Translations under genes and position numbers: made by a program
Shown here: positions 18,441 through 27,779 of the stretch, piece by piece
How the letters are laid out: every line of letters starts with the position of its first letter
Position numbering within the stretch: position 1 is the stretch's first letter
The notes under the pieces: generated by a model
The model's database searches: none
Told to the model about the DNA's origin: nothing
Seen by the model: only the letters and a program-made list of their open reading frames with translations
NCBI GenBank assembly: GCA_965203175.1
Contig: OZ241867.1
Location: 4,160,001-4,224,000, forward strand
Direction of reading: 5' to 3'
Length of the DNA: 64,000 nt
Source of the DNA: Candidatus Latescibacterota bacterium
Lineage (GTDB): Bacteria > Latescibacterota > UBA2968 > UBA8231

Positions 18441-20729
18441 CTATGCCACCATCGGCACGTAAAGGTGCTGCTTTACTGCCTCCAAGTCCGCCTTTAGCTT
18501 GTCGGCTCCTCCGTAGCAGTTCAACAATCTGCTGAAGCTACCGAACCGTTCCACGAACTGGGGCGCGCTGTAGGTGCTGCCCCTCTCTAGATCGTCGATG
18601 CCGTAGAGCGAGTAGTGATCGAGGCCCGTCTCCCAGAAGCGCGTTTTGAAGCGATCTTCATCAGGCAAGTTGTGCTCGCCGAGTTGAGTAAGTAGCCAGT
18701 TCTCGTCGTCGTCCCATAAACGGACAACGCGGTCATGGCGGGAGGGGATTCTCACCAGTTCGTAACCCACCTTGCCGAGAATGTCCACATCATCCGATCC
18801 GTCGAGTTCGAAGTAGTGCCTGAACGCGGCCACATGGATGTCTCTGTCTGTGAGTTCGGACCGTAGATCGTGGCGCGTACTCCTGTCGATCCAGATACTT
18901 AGTAGCTGGTCAATATTGGTTGGCGCGATGCTCCGAATGACTTCACGTGACTGCTCTTGGTACTCGTCGAAGGGGATTTTGCGGCCATCGGCCAAGCAGA
19001 CATATCGCTCAGTCGAGGAGATATAGACTGAGATACCCTGTCCGACTGGTTTCTCCTTAGTGCTCTCAGTTGGCTTCTTCAGCGGTGATGACTTGCGGCT
19101 CTTCTGAAGGTTGGCTGGATGTCCATCGAACTCGGCATCTTCGAGTAAGTTCGCTCCAGCGTAGTCGAAGATGGTGAAGTAGCGCTTATTGATGTCGTCG
19201 CAGAGGCGGGTTCCCCGGCCCTTCATCTGCTTGTAGAGGATAGCACTCTTCACGGGTCGAGCAAAAACGATGTTCTTGACATCGGGTGCGTCGAAGCCTG
19301 TGGTCAGGAGATCAACCGTGACCGCCACTCGGGGCTTGGTACGACCGACCTCTCCGAAGTTACGCTCAAGCTGATGTGAGTTGCGTTCAGATCTTGTAAT
19401 CCGCGCGGCGTAGTCGTTGTCCCCCGAGAGACGTCGCAACTCGGCCGCGAAGAACGCCGCATGCGTATCATCAACGCAGAAGACGATGGTCTTATCGTCC
19501 CGAATGTCGTATTTCCCAAGGGTTGACCAGAGATCCTCCGCGATGCTCCTCGTACGATCGGGTAGCCTGATGTCGCGCTCGAAGTTACTTGTAGTGTAAT
19601 GCTTGCCGTCAGGGCCGATGTAGCCGTCTTCATCTAGGTTCGAAATACGCTCTTCGAGTAGATAGGGAACGAGGTAGCCATCTTCGATGGCCTGTCTCAG
19701 AGAGTAAGTATAGATAGGCTCGCCGAAGTACTCATAGGTGTCACGTCGCACCTCCTCCTCGGTGAGTTCGCGGCCGCTCCGATCCAGTTCACGAGGGGTG
19801 GCGGTGAGACCTAACTGGTAAGCTGACTTGAAATGCTCAAGGACACCGAACCAATCGCCGAAGCCGGAACGGTGACACTCGTCCACCACGACCAAGTCGA
19901 AGTAATCCGAGTCGAAGTACTCGTAAAGCTTCTTTCCGTCCAGTTCCTCGTCGAGGTTCTGGTAGTTGGCGAAGAAGATTTTCCCGACGAGATGCTCGCC
20001 TCGGCTGACCCGTTCCTTATCGATGACAACTCGCTCGTCCGAGGTGAAGCCAGCAAAGGCCCGATAGGCTTGGTCTTTGAGGCTATTACGGTCAGTAAGG
20101 AAGAGGAGACGGTTGTTCCGCAAGACATCCCCACGCATCAACTTCCACGCAAGTTGGAAAACGGTAAAGGTCTTGCCTGTCCCCGTGGCCATTAGGAGGA
20201 GCGCCCGCTTTTCTCCTTGGCTAAAGCGATAGAGGGTTTCAAAGATGGCCATCTCCTGATAGGGACGCACCTTCTTCTGGGTAATCTGGTCCTCGTACCA
20301 AGGTGCCTTGAACACAGAGTGCCACTCTGTCCAGACGATGTTACGCCCGAGGCGGGAGAGGATGTCCCCTGGTGTGGGCGGAGTGTCGAACGTTTCGAAT
20401 TCACCGGTCTTGTTGTCGGTCAGGATGTACTCGCGCCCATTTGAGGCAATCGAAAATCGAAGACCTAGGCGGTCGGCGTACCGGGAGCCCTGCTGCATAC
20501 CGTCCGTTGCTGCCCTCGCCTCGGCCTTGGCCTCGAGGATGGCGAGCGGCATCTGCGAGAGACGCAGCACGTAGTCGGCGATGATCCTCTGAGAAGAGTC
20601 GTACATCGACTCGCCGGTTAGGTTGACTCGGCCGGGGCCGATGACGACTTCCCGATCCCACTCCCACCCGGCTTTCTTCAGGGCGGGCTCGATCAGTTCC
20701 CGGCATGTTCTGTCTTCGTTTCGGCTCAT
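18441..20729 (-). CDS. hsdR: Type I RM restriction subunit (EcoEI/EcoAI-like, compact)
   Basis: ADYVL...LEAK nuclease motif, MATGTGKT, DECHR, GLTATP, LLTTGFDAP, QMKGRGTR. Confidence 0.92.
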   Translation of the reverse strand: MSRNEDRTCRELIEPALKKAGWEWDREVVIGPGRVNLTGESMYDSSQRIIADYVLRLSQMPLAILEAKAEARAATDGMQQGSRYADRLGLRFSIASNGREYILTDNKTGEFETFDTPPTPGDILSRLGRNIVWTEWHSVFKAPWYEDQITQKKVRPYQEMAIFETLYRFSQGEKRALLLMATGTGKTFTVFQLAWKLMRGDVLRNNRLLFLTDRNSLKDQAYRAFAGFTSDERVVIDKERVSRGEHLVGKIFFANYQNLDEELDGKKLYEYFDSDYFDLVVVDECHRSGFGDWFGVLEHFKSAYQLGLTATPRELDRSGRELTEEEVRRDTYEYFGEPIYTYSLRQAIEDGYLVPYLLEERISNLDEDGYIGPDGKHYTTSNFERDIRLPDRTRSIAEDLWSTLGKYDIRDDKTIVFCVDDTHAAFFAAELRRLSGDNDYAARITRSERNSHQLERNFGEVGRTKPRVAVTVDLLTTGFDAPDVKNIVFARPVKSAILYKQMKGRGTRLCDDINKRYFTIFDYAGANLLEDAEFDGHPANLQKSRKSSPLKKPTESTKEKPVGQGISVYISSTERYVCLADGRKIPFDEYQEQSREVIRSIAPTNIDQLLSIWIDRSTRHDLRSELTDRDIHVAAFRHYFELDGSDDVDILGKVGYELVRIPSRHDRVVRLWDDDENWLLTQLGEHNLPDEDRFKTRFWETGLDHYSLYGIDDLERGSTYSAPQFVERFGSFSRLLNCYGGADKLKADLEAVKQHLYVPMVA

Positions 20730-20779
20730 AATCTCATTAGCATGGTGTCTAGCATTGCCCAGCGGTTCCTGCTATACAA

Positions 20780-20795
20780 TGCAAAATGCGTGCCA
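20780..20795 (-). promoter_or_regulatory. sigma54 (-24/-12) promoter for the hsdR operon
   Basis: Minus strand reads TGGCAC-GCATT-TTGCA, matching TGGCAC-N5-TTGCW; 50 nt upstream of the hsdR ATG and directly after the activator stop codon. Confidence 0.85.
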
Positions 20796-22301
20796 TTAGC
20801 GATTCACCCTGTACTTGCTTAACCAGTTCGTGAACGTCTGGTAACTCGGAAGGCCCACCAAGTGGGCTGCCTGTGTCTTGTTCCCCTGGGTCTCATCAAG
20901 CGCACGTGTCAGATAGTGCTGTGCAACTGAAGTCAACAAATCCGGAAGGCTGAGGCCATTACCGAGGGGACGGTCGAGAATCTTGGATTCTTCTTGGCCT
21001 ATTGCCGGAAGCAACGCCTCCCGTACGTCTTCGCTGCGTATGGTGGACCCTGAAGTCCAGATTGCAGCCCTATGAAGCGTATTCAGTAGCTCTCGGACAT
21101 TACCTGGCCATGGGTGGGAGATGAGAATATTTCTTGCGCCCGGAGAAAGTTTCTTATGCTCGTAGCCCGGTTCCTGTGCGAGGTCGTCATTGACCTTCTT
21201 GAGTAGTCGATCTATGAGAAGGCTCAAGTCTCCTTTGCGATCTCTCAAAGGGGGTAGCTGTAGACTCGCCACCGCAAGGCGATAGAAGAGATCCTCCCTG
21301 AAGCGGCCCGCAGCGATTTCCTCGGTGAGGGTTCGGTTCGTCGCTGCGATGATTCGGACATCTACCTTGAGTGGGGTTGTCGAGCCGACACGTATGACCT
21401 CTCCCTCCTGAAGGATGCGAAGGAGTTTTACTTGGGCGGGAGGGGAGAGCTCGCCAACTTCGTCAAGGAAGAGTGTTCCACCATCTGCATCCTCAAAGTA
21501 TCCAGTCTTCCTCCTATCTGCGCCCGTGAAGGCACCTTTCTCGTGGCCAAAGAGCTCGGATTCAACGAGTTCAGCCGGTATTGCACCGCAGTTGACCGCC
21601 TTGAAAGGTTGGGCCCGCCGAGGGCTAGCTCTATGGATCGCCCGAGCCAGCAACTCCTTTCCTGTGCCAGACTCGCCTTCTATGAGAACCGACACGGATC
21701 GTGGCGCAACGCGACGTGCCTTGGCGACTAGCCGAGCCATGACTCGGCTGCGGTGGATGATGTCAGCGAACTCTGGTGCCTCTGGAGGTAGCCCAGCGGT
21801 TAGCTGCTCAAGGCGCTCGTCTGGAACTCGGAGTAGGTCGGGTATGAATTCGGCCGAAATGTCGAAGGGCACGGAGGCCGTCTGAACTCCGTACTCCTGG
21901 GAAGACTCGATCAACTTAGCAGGAAAACGCGTCTTGGCTAGAATGATCCAGACAGCCGCCATGGCCGGAGTACCTGGACTCAGATGAAAGATCAGCTCAG
22001 AATCTTTACCGTGATGCTCAAGCGCTTCGGTCACGACCCGAACCGCAGCCTCGTAGATCTGACCGAAGTCGGTAGGACTAGACAATGGCTCGTGACGGAC
22101 GGTCACCGCTGACTCGGTCTGGGGCCGGAGCCAATTAAGGAACGGTGTTACCACTTCCTTAGGGTAGTCACTGACCAGCACGGCAGTATCATAGGAACCC
22201 GTGCCGAGAGCTTGAGCGATCGGCCCTTTCCCTACGCGTTGCTCCTCCTTCGGTGCCTGAAGGTCGGCTTTGCCGATCCAGCTAATCAGGAGTCTATTCA
22301 T
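20796..22301 (-). CDS. sigma54-dependent transcriptional activator (bEBP) with RtcR/CARF-like N-terminal domain
   Basis: [49 protein letters not shown], Fis-type HTH; N-terminal LISWIG...HLSPGTPAM with no receiver domain. Confidence 0.88.
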   Translation of the reverse strand: MNRLLISWIGKADLQAPKEEQRVGKGPIAQALGTGSYDTAVLVSDYPKEVVTPFLNWLRPQTESAVTVRHEPLSSPTDFGQIYEAAVRVVTEALEHHGKDSELIFHLSPGTPAMAAVWIILAKTRFPAKLIESSQEYGVQTASVPFDISAEFIPDLLRVPDERLEQLTAGLPPEAPEFADIIHRSRVMARLVAKARRVAPRSVSVLIEGESGTGKELLARAIHRASPRRAQPFKAVNCGAIPAELVESELFGHEKGAFTGADRRKTGYFEDADGGTLFLDEVGELSPPAQVKLLRILQEGEVIRVGSTTPLKVDVRIIAATNRTLTEEIAAGRFREDLFYRLAVASLQLPPLRDRKGDLSLLIDRLLKKVNDDLAQEPGYEHKKLSPGARNILISHPWPGNVRELLNTLHRAAIWTSGSTIRSEDVREALLPAIGQEESKILDRPLGNGLSLPDLLTSVAQHYLTRALDETQGNKTQAAHLVGLPSYQTFTNWLSKYRVNR

Positions 22302-22309
22302 GGCTATAT

Positions 22310-22338
22310 AAACTACAAGACTATTTGTATAAACACAA
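22310..22338 (-). promoter_or_regulatory. Possible sigma70-type promoter of the activator (near-leaderless)
   Basis: TTGTGT-17 nt-TAGTTT, 8 nt before the ATG, no RBS. Confidence 0.35.
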
Positions 22339-22467
22339 GATTTCTTACGTTTAGCATCGCAACAATAATCTGCATCGTCAGTTCTTGCTCTTCCTTGATG
22401 CTGACCCTTCTTGCGCGGTCAAGATTCTCTGCACTTTTTCTGCCACCACAACCCTGCGAGAACGCCC

Positions 22468-23187
22468 ATGCGCCTCTGCGACTTTACGATACTGACCTTC
22501 GACACCTATGGAACCCTTATCGACTGGGAGACGGGCATCTGGGATGCGCTGCAACCGCTCTGCGCGCGTCTAGCTGACCCGCCGACTCGCGAGGCAGCCC
22601 TCATCGCCTTCGCGCAGGTGGAATCCGCTTGCCAAGCGGCCAATCCCGACCTCCTCTACGCTGACCTCCTAGCAGCTACCCACCGTACGCTGGCCCGGAA
22701 CTGGGGCAGCGAACCCGACGAGGCCGAAAGCATCCGCTTCGGTCAGTCGGTCGGGGACTGGCCGGCCTTTGCCGACGCGGCCGAATCGCTCGCCTATTTG
22801 AAGCGCCACCACCGACTGATCACCCTCACCAATTGCGACCGCGCCAGCTACCGGGGCAGCGCCGCCCGCCTCGGCGATCCTTGGGATGCGATCTTTACCG
22901 CCGAGGAGATCGGCTCGTACAAACCGTCGCTGGCCAACTTCGAATTTCTGCTCGCCCGGGTGGCCGCGGACTTCGGCGGCGATCCCGGAAGCATCCTACA
23001 CGTCGCGCAGAGCCTCTTCCACGATCACGTGCCGGCCAAGGCAGTCGGCCTGACGACGGCATGGATTGACCGGCGGGCCGGGCGTGGCGGCGGCGCGACG
23101 GCACCTCCACCGGAGGCTGTAGAACCGGACTTCCGTTTCAAAAACATGGCGGAACTGGTCGTCCAACACCGCGCCGAACGGGCCTGA
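22468..23187 (+). CDS. Haloacid dehalogenase type II-like HAD hydrolase
   Basis: LTFDTYGTLIDWE, LTNCD, SYKP, LHVAQSLFHDHVPA. Confidence 0.88.
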   Translation: MRLCDFTILTFDTYGTLIDWETGIWDALQPLCARLADPPTREAALIAFAQVESACQAANPDLLYADLLAATHRTLARNWGSEPDEAESIRFGQSVGDWPAFADAAESLAYLKRHHRLITLTNCDRASYRGSAARLGDPWDAIFTAEEIGSYKPSLANFEFLLARVAADFGGDPGSILHVAQSLFHDHVPAKAVGLTTAWIDRRAGRGGGATAPPPEAVEPDFRFKNMAELVVQHRAERA

Positions 23188-23268
23188 ATCCGCCCCGGCG
23201 GCGTGTGGACGACAGCGGAATGTGCCGCTAATTTCTTGGGAATCCTTTTTGGCGGATATCGAACCCCC

Positions 23269-24027
23269 ATGAGCACACCTCTCCACGGTCGCATTGCCTT
23301 AGTAACCGGCGCAGCCGGCGGCATTGGCCAAGCAATATGCCGTGCCTTGGCTGCCGAAGGCGCGACGGTCGCCCTGCATTACCACACACAGAAGGACGCG
23401 GCCCGCGCGCTCGTCGCTGAACTAGGCGGGGCTGCCTTTGAGGCCGATATAACCGAGGCGAAGGCCGCGCAGTCGCTGGTCGAGCGCGTGGCTGGAGAAC
23501 TGGGTGGGTTGGATATTCTGGTCAATAACGCCGGTATCACCATCGGCGGGCAGTTCGTAGCCGATATGGCGCTGGCGGATTGGCACCGAGTGCTCGATGT
23601 CAACCTCAATAGCGTCCTCTACATGTGCAAGGCCGCCCTACCACGGATGCGGGCGCGAGGCGGCGCGGTCGTCAACATTGCCTCGAATGTGGTCAACACC
23701 CTGCCGGGCGGTGCGGCGGCTTATGCAACCACCAAGGCCGGGGTCGTGGCCTTGACGAAAGTGCTGTCGAAAGAGGAAGCCGAGCACGGCATCCGCGTCA
23801 ATGTGGTGTCGCCGGGGATCATTGACGCGGGGATGGGGAGCGGGGCGCTGGCGCGGCGGACGCCAGAGGTGCGGGCGCAATTTCTCAGCAGTATTCCCAT
23901 GCGCCGGGCCGGCGGCCCCGAAGAGGTGGCTGCGGCTGTGGTTTTTCTCGTGTCTCCGGCGGCTAGTTACGTGACGGGGCAGCACATAAGCGTCAACGGC
24001 GGAGACCGCACCGAGTCCTACCAGTAG
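23269..24027 (+). CDS. SDR family oxidoreductase (FabG-like)
   Basis: TGAAGGIG, NNAG, YATTK. Confidence 0.9.
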   Translation: MSTPLHGRIALVTGAAGGIGQAICRALAAEGATVALHYHTQKDAARALVAELGGAAFEADITEAKAAQSLVERVAGELGGLDILVNNAGITIGGQFVADMALADWHRVLDVNLNSVLYMCKAALPRMRARGGAVVNIASNVVNTLPGGAAAYATTKAGVVALTKVLSKEEAEHGIRVNVVSPGIIDAGMGSGALARRTPEVRAQFLSSIPMRRAGGPEEVAAAVVFLVSPAASYVTGQHISVNGGDRTESYQ

Positions 24028-24134
24028 GGTTAGACACCCAGACTAACAGCTTATATATTAGAGACATAGGCCCCTCTGGAGTACCGGAGGGAATCACTTC
24101 TACTGGTCTGAACGACCTTACTTAATAAAAATTG

Positions 24135-26147
24135 ATGAAGTACTTGCTCACCGGCGGCGGCACGGGTGGCCACGTGTACCCGGCCTTGGCCATTGCCAAC
24201 GAAATTCGGCAGACGCGGACAGACGCTGAATTCCTCTACGTGGGGCATCGAGACAAGCTGGATGCTTGGGTCGTGCCCGATCAGGGGTACCGCATCCGCT
24301 TTGTGCGAGCCCGCTCCTTCCCGCGCACTCGTTCCCTTGTGCCCTTATTGCGATTTGCCATCGTGCTCGCGGTTGGAGTCGTCCAAGGGTCGCTCATCCT
24401 CTTGCGCTACCGGCCCCAAATTATCATTAGCACGGGCGGCTTCGTCAGTGCGCCGGTCCTCTTCGCGCACGGCGTGCTAGCCAAGGTCGGCCTTTCTCGC
24501 GCTCGCGTCTTTATCTACGAGCCGAATGCCTATCCCGGACTTTTGAACCAAGTTACCGGACGGCTAGCGCAGCGAATCGGCGTGGCGTTTGAGCAGGCGG
24601 GTCGCTGGTTCGACGCGAAGAAGGTGGCTGTAGTCGGTTATCCGGTGCGCCGCTCTTTTCTGAACCTCGACCGGCACGTCGCGCGGGAAAAGTTGGGCAT
24701 TGACCAAGGCCGCAAGGTCGTGCTCGCCTTTGGCGGGTCAGGTGGTGCCAAAGCCATCAACGAGGCCGTGCTCGCAGCCTTACCCCTGTGGCGCGCGGCC
24801 GGACTGATGGTCATCCACGTCACAGGTCGCTACAAGGGATCGGATTACGACGCCGTGGCGGATACTAAGGCCGATTTAGCTGAGATGGGGATAGAGGGCG
24901 AAGGCGACTGGTATCGACGCCTTGATTACGCGGATGAGATCGTCGATCTGATTGCAGCGGCGGATCTAGTCATTTGCCGGGCGGGCGCAGGGACTCTTAC
25001 CGAGATGGCGGTCAGTGGGACGCCCACGCTGATCGTGCCACTGCCGACATCGGCTGAAGACCACCAGGCGCTGAATGCCCGGGAGATGGAGCGGATAGGG
25101 GCTGCTCAGGTGCTCTATCAGGAGGCGTTTTGGGACAGCGCCCGCATCTATAGTGGACTAGACAGCGAGAAGTTGGCGCAGCAGGTACTCGCGTTGTGCG
25201 CCGACGAGGAGCGGTTACAGGCCATGAGCGCGGCCGCCAAGATCATGCCCAAAGCCAACAGCCTCGAACTGATCACAGCTGAGTTGGACGGCCTTATTGC
25301 TGGGCAGCGCCCACCGGAGTTGCGCTTGGAGTTGCCCTCGGCCAAAAGCGGCTTGCCGACCGCCCCCAATGCCTTGCTGCGCTGGGTGCAAGCGCGGGTC
25401 AAGGAGGTAGGGAGCGTGGAGGCGATGGAGCCCGGCGAACTGGCCTATCTGCGCTATCAAGCCGACCGCCTACTCGCGTCCGAGGGTTGGTGCGAAATCC
25501 CGTTAGGGCAGCGCAATGTGGGCATCAAGCTCGTTGCGGTCTTAAACTACCAAGAGCGACTGCCGTTGCTGCTGCACATCCTCACCGACCGCACTACGAC
25601 TGGGTGGATGCGCCGTTTTTGCGGGGGAGACTTCCACCACGGAGGCATTATACGCCGGAATGTGGTCGAATACGGCTTGCGCGGTTTGAGGGTGACCGAC
25701 GCGCAAACCCGGGCCGCGTTGCTTAACGCGCTAGAAGCGGATCCCTACTTTGAGGTGCGGGCGTGGTCGGCGCAGGCCTTCGGCGAGATGTTTACAGTCG
25801 ATGACGAAATCGATAGTGCGCTTTGCGCGGCACTCGATGATAGCGCGCCGGAAGTGGTCGTCCAAGCCCTGAGTGCCCTTGGGAAAATAAGCCGCAATCC
25901 CGACCTGCTAACGCGGCTGCGCCGCTTCTACCTGCACCCGAACTGGCAGTTCCGCCAGCAGGTCGTGCTGGTGCTGATCGAGTTTTTGCAGCGCGGCGTC
26001 TTGGAACCGGCGCAATTGGAGCGCGATCTCGACCAAGTCTTGATCTCAATGCCTTATTTTGAGCCGGAATTCACCCTCGGTGCAAATCTGCGCGAATTGG
26101 CTGAACGCGTGCGCGCCGGCTTGCCACTAGCGGCCTCGCAGCGATGA
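24135..26147 (+). CDS. murG: MurG glycosyltransferase fused to C-terminal HEAT-like repeats
   Basis: TGGGTGGHVYP, YEPNAYPG, GYPVR, GGSGGA, RAGAGTLTE, HQALNA; ~270 extra residues with DPYFEVRAWSAQA and DSAPEVVVQALSALG. Confidence 0.8.
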   Translation: MKYLLTGGGTGGHVYPALAIANEIRQTRTDAEFLYVGHRDKLDAWVVPDQGYRIRFVRARSFPRTRSLVPLLRFAIVLAVGVVQGSLILLRYRPQIIISTGGFVSAPVLFAHGVLAKVGLSRARVFIYEPNAYPGLLNQVTGRLAQRIGVAFEQAGRWFDAKKVAVVGYPVRRSFLNLDRHVAREKLGIDQGRKVVLAFGGSGGAKAINEAVLAALPLWRAAGLMVIHVTGRYKGSDYDAVADTKADLAEMGIEGEGDWYRRLDYADEIVDLIAAADLVICRAGAGTLTEMAVSGTPTLIVPLPTSAEDHQALNAREMERIGAAQVLYQEAFWDSARIYSGLDSEKLAQQVLALCADEERLQAMSAAAKIMPKANSLELITAELDGLIAGQRPPELRLELPSAKSGLPTAPNALLRWVQARVKEVGSVEAMEPGELAYLRYQADRLLASEGWCEIPLGQRNVGIKLVAVLNYQERLPLLLHILTDRTTTGWMRRFCGGDFHHGGIIRRNVVEYGLRGLRVTDAQTRAALLNALEADPYFEVRAWSAQAFGEMFTVDDEIDSALCAALDDSAPEVVVQALSALGKISRNPDLLTRLRRFYLHPNWQFRQQVVLVLIEFLQRGVLEPAQLERDLDQVLISMPYFEPEFTLGANLRELAERVRAGLPLAASQR

Positions 26148-27250
26148 TCTACTACCTCGGGATCTACCTGCAAGAGGCTGTCGAGGCCCTGTCGTTTTTG
26201 CGCTTGGTCGATTCGATCAGCTTTCGCGTCATCTGCGGTGCGATCACTTCGTTGATTCTTACTATCCTCTTTGGCGGGCGGGTCATCCTTTACTTCTACA
26301 GCCGGGGGCACCGCGACATGCCCCGCGACTATTTCAACTCCGAGGCCGTCAGCAATCAAGCCAAAACCTACGGCGGAGGCTTAATCGTCGCTGCGATCTT
26401 GATTAGCGTCGGCCTGTGGTGCAAGCTGCACAGCCTCTTCGTCCTGTTCTGCGTGGGGGCGATTGTCTGGTTTGCCGCGCTCGGCTGGATCGACGACTTC
26501 CTCAAGGTGCGCCATCGCTCTAGTGATCGCGGGCTGTCGGAGAAGGCCAAGTTGGCGCTGCAAGTAGCTTTTGGGCTAGCGTTTGGCACTGCGTACATCA
26601 CCCAGGCCCTTCCAGCGGAGTCGGCCGGTTTGGCGACTCAGCTCTATCTGCCCTTTTTCAAAAATCCGGTCCTCGATCTTTCGTGGGGCTATGTGCCTTT
26701 TATTGCCTTCACGGTGACGGCCATCTCCAACTCGGTCAATCTCGCCGATGGTATCGACGGCTTGGCCGTTGTGCCAACTTCTTTTGTCGTGCTCGTCTTT
26801 GGGGTGTTCGCCTATGTGTCGAGCCACGCCGAGATCTCGGCGTTCCTCATCTTTCCCTTTATGCCGGGCGTGGGGGAAGTCGCCGTGATTTGTTCTATTG
26901 TCTTTGGAGCCTGCCTCGGCTTTTTGTGGTTCAATTCCTATCCGGCCAATGTCATTATGGGCGATACCGGGTCCATGGCACTGGGCGGCCTGTTGGGCAC
27001 GGTCGCCGTATTGGTCAAACAGGAGTTCCTCTTCCTAATCGTCGGGGGGATCTTCGTCGGCGAGACCCTGTCGGTGGTAATCCAGGAAAAAATCGGCATC
27101 CGGTGGCTGGGACGGCGCTTTTTTACCCGCTCGCCGATTCACCATCACTATCAGCAGCGCGGCTTGGCCGACACGAAGATCGTCATTCGCTTCTGGATCG
27201 TGGCCGGCATCTTGGCACTGTGTGGCTTGGCGACGCTCAAGATTCGCTAA
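26144..27250 (+). CDS. mraY: Phospho-N-acetylmuramoyl-pentapeptide transferase
   Basis: GWIDD, NSVNLADGIDGL, GFLWFNSYPA..MGDTGS, PIHHH; ATGA overlap with murG. Confidence 0.9.
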   Translation: MIYYLGIYLQEAVEALSFLRLVDSISFRVICGAITSLILTILFGGRVILYFYSRGHRDMPRDYFNSEAVSNQAKTYGGGLIVAAILISVGLWCKLHSLFVLFCVGAIVWFAALGWIDDFLKVRHRSSDRGLSEKAKLALQVAFGLAFGTAYITQALPAESAGLATQLYLPFFKNPVLDLSWGYVPFIAFTVTAISNSVNLADGIDGLAVVPTSFVVLVFGVFAYVSSHAEISAFLIFPFMPGVGEVAVICSIVFGACLGFLWFNSYPANVIMGDTGSMALGGLLGTVAVLVKQEFLFLIVGGIFVGETLSVVIQEKIGIRWLGRRFFTRSPIHHHYQQRGLADTKIVIRFWIVAGILALCGLATLKIR

Positions 27251-27252
27251 CT

Positions 27253-27723
27253 CTATAGATAGAGGCCATAGACGCAGAGGAGGACGATGGCCGCGCCTAG
27301 CAGGAGGGCCGCGGACATGGGGAGCGGCGCGGGCAGGCGGTTGATTTCGCGCTGATAGTGCCTGTACTCCGCCGACAAGATGCTGTAGCCGGAAACGAGA
27401 GCGGCAATGAGGCCCGCGATGAAGCAGGTGAGGACCACAGCGTCGGTCGAGAATGCGCGAGCGATGCTAGCGACATACGCGCCGATGTTGATCAGCAGGC
27501 TATACCGCTTCGTCATCAGGCCGTAGAGTACGAGCCCCACGCAAAGCGAGCCGACGGCCAACGCCGCGAAGATCGACAGCCAGTCGCGCGCGTCAGACAG
27601 TGCTAAGAAGCCCGTGCCAATGAGCAGGTGGAGCCACATCCCAACATAGGCGTAAAAGAAGGGCGCGCGTCTAAACGGCGCGTGTCCCATTAGATAGTGG
27701 GCGAAAGCAGTGGACTTGGGCAT
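27253..27723 (-). CDS. Hypothetical integral membrane protein
   Basis: About 5 hydrophobic segments; fills the gap between mraY and recG. Confidence 0.6.
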   Translation of the reverse strand: MPKSTAFAHYLMGHAPFRRAPFFYAYVGMWLHLLIGTGFLALSDARDWLSIFAALAVGSLCVGLVLYGLMTKRYSLLINIGAYVASIARAFSTDAVVLTCFIAGLIAALVSGYSILSAEYRHYQREINRLPAPLPMSAALLLGAAIVLLCVYGLYL

Positions 27724-27779
27724 GGCAATATGTGGCCAAAGATAGGCTGCAGCCCAAGTGCGTCAACGCATGGCCAACC

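Larger units (their letters stand above)
9132..22400. mobile_element. Putative horizontally acquired defence island (boundaries approximate, no integrase seen)
   Basis: RM/ATPase gene content, AT-rich flanking spacers, visibly different codon usage, truncated gene at left edge. Confidence 0.55.

Noticed and set aside
9132-22400. Integrase, transposase, tRNA target or flanking direct repeats for the island
   Set aside because: None recognised by eye, so the mobility mechanism is left unassigned.
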